DNA of 63,785 nucleotides, filler included, from Octopus bimaculoides (Eukaryota), in assembly GCF_001194135.2 (NCBI RefSeq). It is 5 parts of 4 records of this genome, joined end to end, with 100 filler letters (N's around TTAATTAATTAA, not from the genome) between each part and the next. Parts side by side here need not be neighbours in the genome. Positions count along the whole stretch, not along the records: positions 1 to 14,793 come from NC_068983.1; positions 14,894 to 40,179 come from NC_068986.1; 3 more parts are not named here. The stretch is one strand, 5' to 3'. The notes under the pieces were generated by a model. The model was given only the letters and a program-made list of their open reading frames with translations. It had not been told where the DNA came from and did not search any database. Made by a program: the position numbers and the translations under genes. This document shows positions 11,772 through 22,784 of the stretch, in pieces (position 1 is the first letter of the stretch; the number at the start of each line of letters is the position of its first letter).

Positions 11772-12496
11772 AGGAATGTCATAATACATTACAAAGGATA
11801 TATCATAAACAATTGATAATTGTTTATAAATATATCATATATTACATAAAAGAAGAGTGTTTATAATAATTATGAATAAATCACAATTATAACGGAGAGG
11901 GTCGCAAAACCTTCAAATGTTTAAAAATATCAGTCAAAAACCATTATAAAGCCACTATTATCACTCATATTATATTTCCTCACAATAAAGCTATCTGCGA
12001 GCGACATGACATATAAGATCCACAATTTTTAAAATAAAATTTTAATTCTCTATTGCAGTTTCGATGTTATCATATACCATATCGTAAAATAACGGATATA
12101 AAACAACAATATAACAGCCCCACTCCTCTGATCAGGAGAATATTCCTATAGATACAACTTGATACAAAATCTCACCTTGGTTCTTACATGTATTCCGACT
12201 GGCAAGAAAAATGTCAACTTCTGTCTACACATTCAAATTCTGAATTCCAACGTAATACACAGCGTTTACGAGAAAAGACTCGTAAATGGAGCCAGAGTAA
12301 ATCAGCGGATATCAGTGAGGAAACGGAACAATTAAAAACGAATGTAATAATACATTACAAATGATATATCATAAACAATTAATAATTATGTATGAATATA
12401 TCAATCACCAAACATGTCATCATAAATTACATAAAAGAAGAGTATTTATAATTATGAATAAATCACAATTATAATGGAGAGGGTTGCAAAAACCCT
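11764..12496 (+). repeat. ~155-bp direct repeat, copies at 11764-11916 and 12330-12496
   Basis: Shared gaatgt.ataatacattacaaa...tacataaaagaagagt...gaataaatcacaattataa.ggagagggt.gcaaaa; second copy runs into a gap. Confidence 0.8.
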
Positions 12497-13062
12497 NNNN
12501 NNNNNNNNNNNNNNNNNNNNNNNNNNNNNNNNNNNNNNNNNNNNNNNNNNNNNNNNNNNNNNNNNNNNNNNNNNNNNNNNNNNNNNNNNNNNNNNNNNNN
12601 NNNNNNNNNNNNNNNNNNNNNNNNNNNNNNNNNNNNNNNNNNNNNNNNNNNNNNNNNNNNNNNNNNNNNNNNNNNNNNNNNNNNNNNNNNNNNNNNNNNN
12701 NNNNNNNNNNNNNNNNNNNNNNNNNNNNNNNNNNNNNNNNNNNNNNNNNNNNNNNNNNNNNNNNNNNNNNNNNNNNNNNNNNNNNNNNNNNNNNNNNNNN
12801 NNNNNNNNNNNNNNNNNNNNNNNNNNNNNNNNNNNNNNNNNNNNNNNNNNNNNNNNNNNNNNNNNNNNNNNNNNNNNNNNNNNNNNNNNNNNNNNNNNNN
12901 NNNNNNNNNNNNNNNNNNNNNNNNNNNNNNNNNNNNNNNNNNNNNNNNNNNNNNNNNNNNNNNNNNNNNNNNNNNNNNNNNNNNNNNNNNNNNNNNNNNN
13001 NNNNNNNNNNNNNNNNNNNNNNNNNNNNNNNNNNNNNNNNNNNNNNNNNNNNNNNNNNNNNN

Positions 13063-13860
13063 ACCAAAATTACATAAAAATGTCTTGAAATACTAAAGAG
13101 TAAATTTACTCATTACAATCGCCAATGACTTCAATCACGGTCTCTAGGCGACTTCGGAATCTCCTGCAACTCTTCTGGACAGACTCCTTGTTTAAGTTTG
13201 TGAATGCTACCATAACCCTTGCTTTCAGTTCATCTTTGGGGTTACAAGGAGTTTCGCTGGTCTCTCGCTCAACTGCGCCCCACACAAAATAATCAAGTGG
13301 GGTTGCAGCTTGGGGAGCTAGATGGCCAGATGTTAGGGATGGTGTGGTCGCAGAAATTGTCTGAAAGCCATTACTGGATTCTCCTGCTTGTGTGGCATGT
13401 GCAGAGTCCTATTGCCAGACACAGGGCCTTCCAGCAGCCACCCTCTTGACCCAGGCCAGCACTACCTCTTCAAGGCATTTATTGTAGGCCTCTGTGTTGA
13501 GTCAAAGGCCGTGTGGGAAGATGAATGAAGGCATAACAACGCTCTCACTAGCGATTACTCCAAGCATCATGATGTTCAGTGGATGCATAATTTCTTTCAC
13601 ACTTGGTACATGTCCTCAGATTGCACTGTCTTCGATTGATACCCAAACACTCTGAATATTCGTATTGGAGCTTCCGGCGCTAATGCCAAGCAGTATAGCA
13701 TGTAGTTTCCAAATCTCTGGCAGAGTGAACTGCGTCACGGTGCAGTTTTTCTCACAGACGCTGCCCGACTGGCCGTAGTGTGTAGTCGACTAAATCAAAA
13801 ACAAAGCGCCTGCACAAAATTAAAAATATAAAATGGAGAAAATTTATGCATCGCACCCTG
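13063..13860 (-). mobile_element. Internally deleted Tc1/mariner element, DD37D (maT-type) transposase remnant
   Basis: Minus strand HPLNIMMLGVIASE..MPSFIFPHGL*LNTEAYNKCLEEVVLAWVKRVAAGRP.VWQ*DSA..., W..SSPSCNPLDYFVWG; 37-aa D-D spacing once two 1-bp frameshifts are restored; terminus TA|CAGGGTG at 13860; other end in the gap. Confidence 0.8.
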
Positions 13861-14021
13861 TATATATGGAGTGTGTGTCTGTGTTTGTCCACCGACCCTG
13901 CCATCGCTTGACAGCTGATGCTGGTGTGTTTATGTCTCTCGTAACCTAGTGGTTCGGTAAATTATATATTAATCATTCAGTCATTCTCTCTCACTCGATC
14001 GATCGATCGATCGATCGATCG

Positions 14022-14075
<54 letters not shown>

Positions 14076-14091
14076 ATATATATATATATAT

Positions 14092-14148
14092 ATGGGAGAA
14101 TATACAAATAATAACAACAGACGAGGACAGGTGGTGTAAATAACAAAA
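14092..14148 (-). mobile_element. Short terminal fragment of PLE-type repeat family A
   Basis: Matches the start of 32723-32906 and 37470; flanked on both sides by (TA)n. Confidence 0.8.
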
Positions 14149-14718
14149 AAATATATATATATATATATATCATTTTGGTCGTATCAATCAATTGCTTCTC
14201 TGAATTCCATCAGAAAAACCTAGAAACACAAATACAAAAAAAAAAAAAGCACCATTGCATCTGTCTAACGAACATAGGCCTGAAATATATTTTGCATAGT
14301 ACACGTGTAATACAAATAAATCCACTGAGAAATAATATTACCTCAAAGAAATTTCGATAAATATACGAACAGTCAATTGGCTGTCAGTTTAAGTCTTTAT
14401 AGCACTGTATATAAATAGTGTTCTGATACGTTTAGTAACTCACTTTTATGTTATTTCAGGTATGAACAGTTCGGAAGTTTTTCGGCAGTAATGTTCTTTT
14501 TACAGCAAACATAATATGTCTTTTATGTGACAGAAAAGGCTGCAATTAATAATGTAGTATCGTTGTGGTTATCAGGATGTAATATAATTTACATTTTGAT
14601 AGGTGTCTTTACTCAGTCATATTTCTCTTCTTACGCATACATACACACACGCACACACATACACATACTCACATACATACGTACATACATACACACATGC
14701 ATACACACACACACACAC

Positions 14719-14793
<75 letters not shown>

Positions 14794-14837
14794 NNNNNNN
14801 NNNNNNNNNNNNNNNNNNNNNNNNNNNNNNNNNNNNN

Positions 14838-14849
14838 TTAATTAATTAA
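14838..14849. other. Artificial scaffold linker TTAATTAATTAA inside 44N+12+44N
   Basis: Stop codons in all six frames, 100-bp total; identical construct four times in the window. Confidence 0.95.
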
Positions 14850-14932
14850 NNNNNNNNNNNNNNNNNNNNNNNNNNNNNNNNNNNNNNNNNNNNTATATAT
14901 ATATATATATATACATATACATACAGAGATTT

Positions 14933-15021
<89 letters not shown>

Positions 15022-15584
15022 TGCCTACTTATTGGTAAATTGTACAGAAGCCATTGCATACTATATGTATTCATGTATTGCAATTCTCATATTTGTATTG
15101 TTGCAAAGTAGTAACTTCCATTCGATATCTTGGAGAAAAGATATTGAATGCTCGTATTTTATTCAGGTTTACGACAGAACGCTCTACATGCAAAATATCG
15201 TTAAAAAAATTGTGGACATAATATAAATATAGGAATACATGTGGCTCTGAAGTTTGAACAGTCCCAGATAAGTGGTACTTTCTTTATTCTTGTCATCAGC
15301 ATCAACGGCTAATACGCTATCACTTATTCGCTAGCATCATCAATGTAATTCTTCAAGTGGATCCTTTTACAAAAGAATCTAAATGCGTTCTGCGAGTCTG
15401 AAAGGGCGAAGCGGGGAGACGGCGTAGATTCATGAAAGATGGCATTTTGCTACCAAAGTAATTCTTTGCCATTCACATGTAAAATATGTCACTTCTGAAA
15501 CGTCTTCCGATCTAAATGATAATAGTCTTTTCTACAAATACGCGCGCACAAGGTCTGGATTTATTTTCTTTTTTGGTGAGGGGA

Positions 15585-15680
15585 AAAATGGTCGAGTGCA
15601 TCTGATTCCAATGCTCGGAATCAGAACATACAGACAGACGAAACGCTGCAAAGCATTTTGTCCTGTTAGCTCGCCGCCTT
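15585..15680 (-). mobile_element. SINE family 2 (OR-like), degenerate head
   Basis: rc aaggcggcgagctaacagga.aaaatgctt...tcgtctgtc..tatgttctga; 5' end abuts (ATT)n. Confidence 0.55.
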
Positions 15681-15699
15681 AATAATAATAATAATGATG

Positions 15700-15775
<76 letters not shown>

Positions 15776-15918
15776 TAATAATAATAATAATGATAATAAT
15801 AATAGCAAAAAAATAAGGCTGCCATTGTTATCAAGTGAACGATATTTCGACATCTCGTGCGTCTTCCACAGGTTCAAAAAATAAACGTGTCAATCTACTT
15901 CATTTTGGTTAATATTTA

Positions 15919-16108
15919 TGGGATTGAGGTAACTCCTCCAGATGATATAGAAATTACCTCGATCCTATAAATATTAACCAAAATGTAGATTGACACGTTT
16001 AATTTTTGAATCTGTGGATGACACGAGCTATCGAAATATCGTTCACTTGATGACAATGGCACTCTTTTTTTTGTTTCTATATCTTCTGGAGGAGTTACCT
16101 CAATCCTA
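15919..16108. mobile_element. ~190-bp MITE with 33-bp TIRs, TA-flanked
   Basis: ggattgaggtaactcctccagatgatatagaaa (15921) vs rc of tttctatatcttctggaggagttacctcaatcc (ends 16106): 1 mismatch. Confidence 0.8.
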
Positions 16109-16130
16109 TAACAACAACAACAACAACAAC

Positions 16131-16176
<46 letters not shown>

Positions 16177-16209
16177 TTGATAATAATAATAATAATGATG
16201 ATAATATTG

Positions 16210-16260
<51 letters not shown>

Positions 16261-16281
16261 GTGATGATGATGATGATGATG

Positions 16282-16321
<40 letters not shown>

Positions 16322-16345
16322 TAATAACAACAACAACACCAACAA
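16109..16345. repeat. Compound (AAC)n(AAT)n(GAT)n microsatellite
   Basis: Direct reading. Confidence 0.95.
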
Positions 16346-16379
16346 GTAGAGTAGCCGTTGTAAGTCATCAAGTACCATT

Positions 16380-16790
16380 TTAAAAACATTCGCAGCTGTT
16401 CCAGATTCTACTGAAAAGTCAATTGTTACGACTACAATAAATAACAAAGACGTTGACACTTTAATTAATTCTGGAAGTACTGACAATTTTTATTCATACT
16501 TCGTTTGCCATTAATATGAAATTGCCTATTAAATCTACTTTTATAATTACTATGGTCTCTTCCACACAAGAAACTAATTAGAGGTTTACTATTTGTGATG
16601 TTACTCTTAACAGCAATATTTATTATAATAATGCTATCAACTTTTATACAATGGATGATTCTTATAAACCTTTATTGCTGGGATAAAGTTTTATGCTGCT
16701 TCACAAAAGAGTAGTGATTAAATATTATGGTATTTTACCTACACTGTCGATTTTTGCTTTAACTACTATGTATGATAACCTTTTTCGAAT
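16380..16790 (+). mobile_element. Ty3/Gypsy LTR-retrotransposon aspartic-protease remnant
   Basis: VDTLINSGSTDNFIH (catalytic D mutated to N, 16461-16493), later PLLLG*SF..HKRVVIKY.G..P.LSI.AL; stops and frameshift. Confidence 0.7.
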
Positions 16791-16814
16791 TTGTGTCAGG
16801 ATAAAAAAGATATT

Positions 16815-16975
16815 ATTATTTATTAGCCAGAAGGAGCCAAACATAGACTGGACAAACACAAAAGATGAAAGGCAAAGCCGACCTCCGCGGAATTTGAACT
16901 CAGAACGTAGCGGCAGACAAAATACCGCTAAGCATTTCGCTCCGCGTGCTAACGATTCTGCCAGCTCGCCACCTT
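16815..16975 (-). mobile_element. SINE family 2 (OR-like), internally deleted
   Basis: rc aaggtggcgagctggcagaatcgttagcacg...gagttcaaattcc...gcctttcatc joined to tail. Confidence 0.8.
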
Positions 16976-17119
16976 GCTACCATTATTACCACTGGTCGAT
17001 TTCATTCTGAAAGAAGATAAAAAAATTGCTTCGTTTCAATCAAAACCACTCGTTTTATCGAAAGAATACGATAATAAAGACACGTGTTTTTACAGTGTCA
17101 TATCTAGTTTTGAAAGTGA

Positions 17120-17210
17120 AGGGCTTAAGTAGAATACACTTGCTCAAGATGCCACGCAGTGGGACTGAACCCGGTAAGCAAGCTACTTACCACACAGCCA
17201 CTCCTGCGCC
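17120..17210 (-). mobile_element. SINE family 1 head fragment
   Basis: rc ggcgcaggagtggctgtgtggtaagtagcttgcttacc...cccactgcgtggc. Confidence 0.8.
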
Positions 17211-17300
17211 TATTGTTTTCCTGTCTTGTTTTTTGTCCGCCACTACATTCCTCCATGGCAAAGTTTAATTTGTGTATACAAATTTAATTTGCGGTCCATG

Positions 17301-17527
17301 GGAAGAGCCGTTTTAACGATGCGTCCTACCCAGCTCTTCGAAACGCCGGTGTTAAAACGGGGGTAGCTGATGAAGAGGAATGTTCTCTATGTGGCTTGTG
17401 TGTTTTCTCGTCTACGTTTTGTTTGCAATGTCCTGTACCCAGATATGCACCTATATATACAGGTGGATGTCAGTATGTACATACCTGTACGTATATATGC
17501 ATATACTCATTTCCTGTTTGTTTATAT
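17301..17527 (+). mobile_element. Repeat family D (probably PLE-related) carrying hammerhead core motifs in unusual order
   Basis: GTC, GAAAC and CTGATGA with complementary flanks; downstream gtcctgtaccc.gatatgca shared with 20516-20700. Confidence 0.55.
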
Positions 17528-18188
17528 NNNNNNNNNNNNNNNNNNNNNNNNNNNNNNNNNNNNNNNNNNNNNNNNNNNNNNNNNNNNNNNNNNNNNNNNN
17601 NNNNNNNNNNNNNNNNNNNNNNNNNNNNNNNNNNNNNNNNNNNNNNNNNNNNNNNNNNNNNNNNNNNNNNNNNNNNNNNNNNNNNNNNNNNNNNNNNNNN
17701 NNNNNNNNNNNNNNNNNNNNNNNNNNNNNNNNNNNNNNNNNNNNNNNNNNNNNNNNNNNNNNNNNNNNNNNNNNNNNNNNNNNNNNNNNNNNNNNNNNNN
17801 NNNNNNNNNNNNNNNNNNNNNNNNNNNNNNNNNNNNNNNNNNNNNNNNNNNNNNNNNNNNNNNNNNNNNNNNNNNNNNNNNNNNNNNNNNNNNNNNNNNN
17901 NNNNNNNNNNNNNNNNNNNNNNNNNNNNNNNNNNNNNNNNNNNNNNNNNNNNNNNNNNNNNNNNNNNNNNNNNNNGAAACCAGGCGAAATGAATCTCACC
18001 GGATGTGATCAAGAACAACAGAGATCAATATCATGCAGTTTTTTTCGGCTCATTAGTGCCATATGCTCGAGTCGTTCTTTTCAACAATTGTTTTAGCCTT
18101 GTGCGTTTTCACGTATTTCTTTTTGCTTATGTAACTTGTACAGAAACATTTAACTACTTTTCAACACGCGTGCACACACACAAAATCA

Positions 18189-18225
<37 letters not shown>

Positions 18226-18379
18226 ACACACACGCACGTGCTCATTTCCGTTTACGGCCCTTTTCTCACCATTCACCCATGTGATATTGGCTTCTCATAT
18301 GTCCGTTATGAATATTCAGCGCCATGCAGTTTTCGGGTTTCGTCTCTCTATTCCCCCACCCTCGGTGGTGGTTTATTTT

Positions 18380-18670
18380 AAAGCAAATATAGAATAGCAT
18401 TGTTCTGGTAGCCGGAGTATGTGACCAGCTAGTTTTAATCGTCGTTCAGTGAGGATTTCGCTTAGTGATCTTGTGCTAGGTCTTTTCAGAATGTCCTCAA
18501 TGATTATGTGATTAAGCCAGAATATTCTCAGAATCTTTTTCAAACGTTTTTGTAACTCATCTAGCTCTTTATCGATTCTGACGGTGCTCTTCCATGCATC
18601 ACTGGCATATAAGATTGTAGGTAGAACTATGGTTCTTTTAGTCAGATCTTTGTATATAGGCCGATTGTGT
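18380..18670 (-). mobile_element. RTE-clade LINE RT C-terminal fragment
   Basis: IVLPTILYASDAWK...RLKKILRIFWLNHIIIEDIL...SEILTERRLKLAGHILRLP, the typical RTE thumb pattern. Confidence 0.75.
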
Positions 18671-18690
18671 TGGGGGGTCAAAGATCACAC

Positions 18691-19130
18691 GTGGCGAGCT
18701 GGCAGAATCGTTAGCACGCCGGGCGAAATGCTTAGCTGTTTTTCATCTATCGTTACGTTCTGAGTTCAAAATCCGCTGAGGTCGACTTTGCCTTTCATCC
18801 TTTCGGGGTCAATAAATTTAGTACCAGTTACGCACTGGGGTCGATGTAATCGACTTAATCACTTTGTCTGTCCTTGTTTGTCCCCTCTATGTTTAACCCC
18901 TTGTGGGCAATTAAGAAATAAGAAACGTTAGCACGCCGGGCGAAATGCTTAGCTGTTTTTCGTCTGTCGTTACGTTCTGAGTTCAAATTTCGTCGAGGTC
19001 GACTTTGCCTTTCATCCTTTCGGGGTCGATAAATTAAGTACTAGTTACGCACTGGGGTCGATGTAATCGACTTAATCCCTTTGTCTGTCCTTGTTTGTTC
19101 CCTCTATGTTTAGCTCCTTAAAGAAGTAAG
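18691..19130 (+). mobile_element. SINE family 2 (OR-like), head-to-tail dimer
   Basis: Copy 1 18691-18925 complete; copy 2 starts at cgttagcacgccgggcg directly after the aagaaataagaaa tail. Confidence 0.9.
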
Positions 19131-19632
19131 ATATCACATGTTCTCTGGTATACAGTAGCGGCTTTGCCGATTCTTTGGGTGGCATGAGTCTTAATGACAC
19201 CATTATTACTGATAACGTTACCCGAATCTATCTATTGTATCGATATTTTGTTGATCGATCTTTATTTTCGTTATTATCTATCATAATTTGTTATTCTCGT
19301 TGTTTCGCTCTTCTCTACACTGATTCCCATACAAATCTTCTTAACTTGCTATTCTAGTTTTGATGTCAGCCATTGTGTGTGTGTTCCCTGCAACAAACAA
19401 TGGGAACTTATAGCTGCGATAAAGCTACTAATGAACAATATGAACCATACAAACAGAAAAAAGCATTCCTTTTGAGTTCATCACTAGATTTGTTTGTATA
19501 TTAGCAAAGCAATATATTGGAGATAGAAATAGATAACATACGGTACGTGTATATATGCATGCATCCATATACGCATGTAAAATATAAATGTATACATACA
19601 TATACATATATATGTGTATGTATGTATGTGTG

Positions 19633-19697
<65 letters not shown>

Positions 19698-20482
19698 NNN
19701 NNNNNNNNNNNNNNNNNNNNNNNNNNNNNNNNNNNNNNNNNNNNNNNNNNNNNNNNNNNNNNNNNNNNNNNNNNNNNNNNNNNNNNNNNNNNNNNNNNNN
19801 NNNNNNNNNNNNNNNNNNNNNNNNNNNNNNNNNNNNNNNNNNNNNNNNNNNNNNNNNNNNNNNNNNNNNNNNNNNNNNNNNNNNNNNNNNNNNNNNNNNN
19901 NNNNNNNNNNNNNNNNNNNNNNNNNNNNNNNNNNNNNNNNNNNNNNNNNNNNNNNNNNNNNNNNNNNNNNNNNNNNNNNNNNNNNNNNNNNNNNNNNNNN
20001 NNNNNNNNNNNNNNNNNNNNNNNNNNNNNNNNNNNNNNNNNNNNNNNNNNNNNNNNNNNNNNNNNNNNNNNNNNNNNNNNNNNNNNNNNNNNNNNNNNNN
20101 NNNNNNNNNNNNNNNNNNNNNNNNNNNNNNNNNNNNNNNNNNNNNNNNNNNNNNNNNNNNNNNNNNNNNNNNNNNNNNNNNNNNNNNNNNNNNNNNNNNN
20201 NNNNNNNNNNNNNNNNNNNNNNNNNNNNNNNNNNNNNNNNNNNNNNNNNNNNNNNNNNNNNNNNNNNNNNNNNNNNNNNNNNNNNNNNNNNNNNNNNNNN
20301 NNNNNNNNNNNNNNNNNNNNNNNNNNNNNNNNNNNNNNNNNNNNNNNNNNNNNNNNNNNNNNNNNNNNNNNNNNNNNNNNNNNNNNNNNNNNNNNNNNNN
20401 NNNNNNNNNNNNNNNNNNNNNNNNNNNNNNNNNNNNNNNNNNNNNNNNNNNNNNCATATATATGTGTATGTATGTATGTGTG

Positions 20483-20515
<33 letters not shown>

Positions 20516-20517
<2 letters not shown>

Positions 20518-20700
20518 GGTCTTCGAAACGTCTAGATAGAATAGAGACAGCTGATGAAGGGATATTCCAAGGGGCTTTCCGTTTTCCTATGTGTTCGTTC
20601 CGTTGTCTGTAGTGTATTGTTCTAACGTCCTGTACCCTGATATGCATGTATATACACATGTAGATGTAAGTATGTACATATATGTGTGTATACATGTATA
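20516..20700 (+). mobile_element. Repeat family D, second diverged copy (5' end lost in (TA)n)
   Basis: tcttc-GAAAC-21 nt-CTGATGAAGG and the same downstream block as 17301-17527. Confidence 0.55.
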
Positions 20701-20996
20701 TATATTCTTTGTATTATATATATATATACGTGCATATATAGGTTTTATTGGAAGTTCATGCATCTTTCCGTTGCTATCATATACGTTTTGTTTTTAAAGT
20801 AGATTTACACAAGCAACGAGTACAAGATAATCAACTTTCAGTCTTCCAATGACCACCATTCTTTTGATTGATAGGTAACTTTGGAAATATGAAATTGCTT
20901 TCCTGTGGGTAACGTCAGGAAATGCGGCACACAAATCATGATTGCACTTAAAACATTTTCGATATGCTTGTTACTTTGAAATTAATATCAATTTCA

Positions 20997-21307
20997 GTGG
21001 AGGTACATGGCTTAGTGGTTAGAGCAGTGAACTCGCTGTCGAAGGATCACGGGTTCAAATCTCAGACTGGGCGATGTGTGTGATTATGAGCGAAACATCT
21101 AAGCTCAACGTTGCTTCGGCAGAAGATAGTGGCGAACTTCTGCTGACTCTTTCGCCACAACTTTTTCTCGCTCTCTCCTCGTGCATCTAGCTGCTCATCT
21201 GAGACGGACCGGCGTCCCGTCCAGGTAGGGAACCTATACGCCGATGAAACCAGGAAATCGGCCCTTATGAGCCAGGCATGGCTCGAGAAGAAAGAAACAA
21301 CAACAAC
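20997..21307 (+). mobile_element. SINE family 3a, full length with 10-bp TSD
   Basis: A box tggcttagtgg, B box gggttcaaatc, (CAA)n tail; atcaatttca duplicated at 20987-20996 and 21308-21317. Confidence 0.85.
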
Positions 21308-21524
21308 ATCAATTTCAAAAGAAAAATACGTTCATAAATTTGTGTGCCTCCCCTCCCTAAAAAAACAGGTGAAGGTAAAATGACCATCCCAAAATATAAC
21401 AATAAAATAAAAATGTGTTTTCTCAAAATAAAGTTGAAGAAAACACACTTTGCATTTATATACTTATTTGGAAATGGTTGCGTAGCCTTCGATTAAATAA
21501 TAATAATAATAGATTAGATTGAGA

Positions 21525-22190
21525 GAATGCATTTGATATAACAATTGGCTCACACGATTCTGCTCAGGTTTCTTTCCGGAAGTAACAGGGGTCTATATAG
21601 TGATGACGCCTCATTTTTTCTAGACAGAAGTAGTAAAGTACAGCTAGGAAGGTATAGGAAAAATTCCTTTAGACTTCAAAAATTTAGAACAAAACATTAC
21701 AATAGGTAAAGATTACCGTAGAGTGAATTTTCTTGACGCTACCTTCTGTCTTATTTGAACCATTTTATAAGCCTAATGATCATTAGCATCCAACCCTCGA
21801 TTATACGGGGACTAGTTAATATTTCTACAAGAATCTCTAGATTATCTAAAAATAAAATTTTCGTATCTCATGCAACTTATTTTAATGCTGCTCTAGCTAG
21901 GGCTGGGTACCGTGAAAAAAATCCACTATATACAGGAAGCAGGCATACACAACACTGGTAATTCCTCCAACCGCGATGCACATCGTATACCACCACAACG
22001 TTACCGTTTGAGAACTCACTCAGATAAAAAATGCAGGCCAGAAAAAGTTGGTCATATCAATGAACTACCAACGAAAACACATAGACACACGTGACATAAT
22101 AACCCAACTGCTTGTTCCAATCCTGTACAACACACTCGATCAAATAAGCCTAACAACAAATATATAAAGACATTTCCAAAATGAGTTCAA
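21525..22190 (+). mobile_element. Penelope-like element RT remnant
   Basis: FDITIGSHDSAQV, GLYSDD (21590-21607), VNFLD, PFYKPND, PSIIRGLVNISTRISRLS..., YFNAALARAGY; deletions and frameshifts. Confidence 0.75.
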
Positions 22191-22784
22191 GTTTAAAATT
22201 TTATCCGTTTCACACTGCAGTGCTGGTTGAGTCCTGCACAGAACCAAAGTATTTTCGCTGTCCATTTAAGTGAACTAGATGCTTTTCTAACCTGTACTTG
22301 CTCCCTTCTTTTATATCGAAATATCACAGATAAATATTTTATCCCAGTCCATATAATACATTATCCAAATGACAGTTCGCTTTTCTTTTTTGTAAAAAAA
22401 ACAAAAAAAAAACATGCTAAGTTATTCCAACAGAATGCATAGACATTTATCAGCTTCAGCTATCTGAAACACTCTTCAAATATTAAAGCTTTTAATCTGA
22501 AATGAAAACAGTTAATTAGGCAACAAATGCGGAATCTTATCGACAATTACCCTTACGCATTGCTCTCAATATTACTCACACGTAACATATTTAAGCAGCA
22601 AAAACATGTCGTCTCCCTGTCGACGTGTGTTTGTTCTCATGATTGATTAGTTGCTTGATTCTACTCTGGTATCTCAAAAATTATTCGAGCTACGAAATCC
22701 AGATTCTTTTATTGATGATTACCAAACAAAATGGAATATTTGCTTCTTGTTTGTTTTTTCGGTTTTTGAAATATCTGCTTCTTA

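Noticed and set aside
11880-11930. Hammerhead relic in the 155-bp direct repeat
   Set aside because: Only a stem II-like hairpin is present; CUGANGA and GAAAC would need several substitutions each.
12039-12150. Strong-looking splice acceptor (ttttaattctctattgcag)
   Set aside because: All three downstream frames close within about 30 codons and no convincing donor was found.
19600-20515. Repeated TA/TG string on both sides of a gap (similarly 41665-41750 vs 41956-42040)
   Set aside because: Most simply unmerged contig overlaps in microsatellite DNA.
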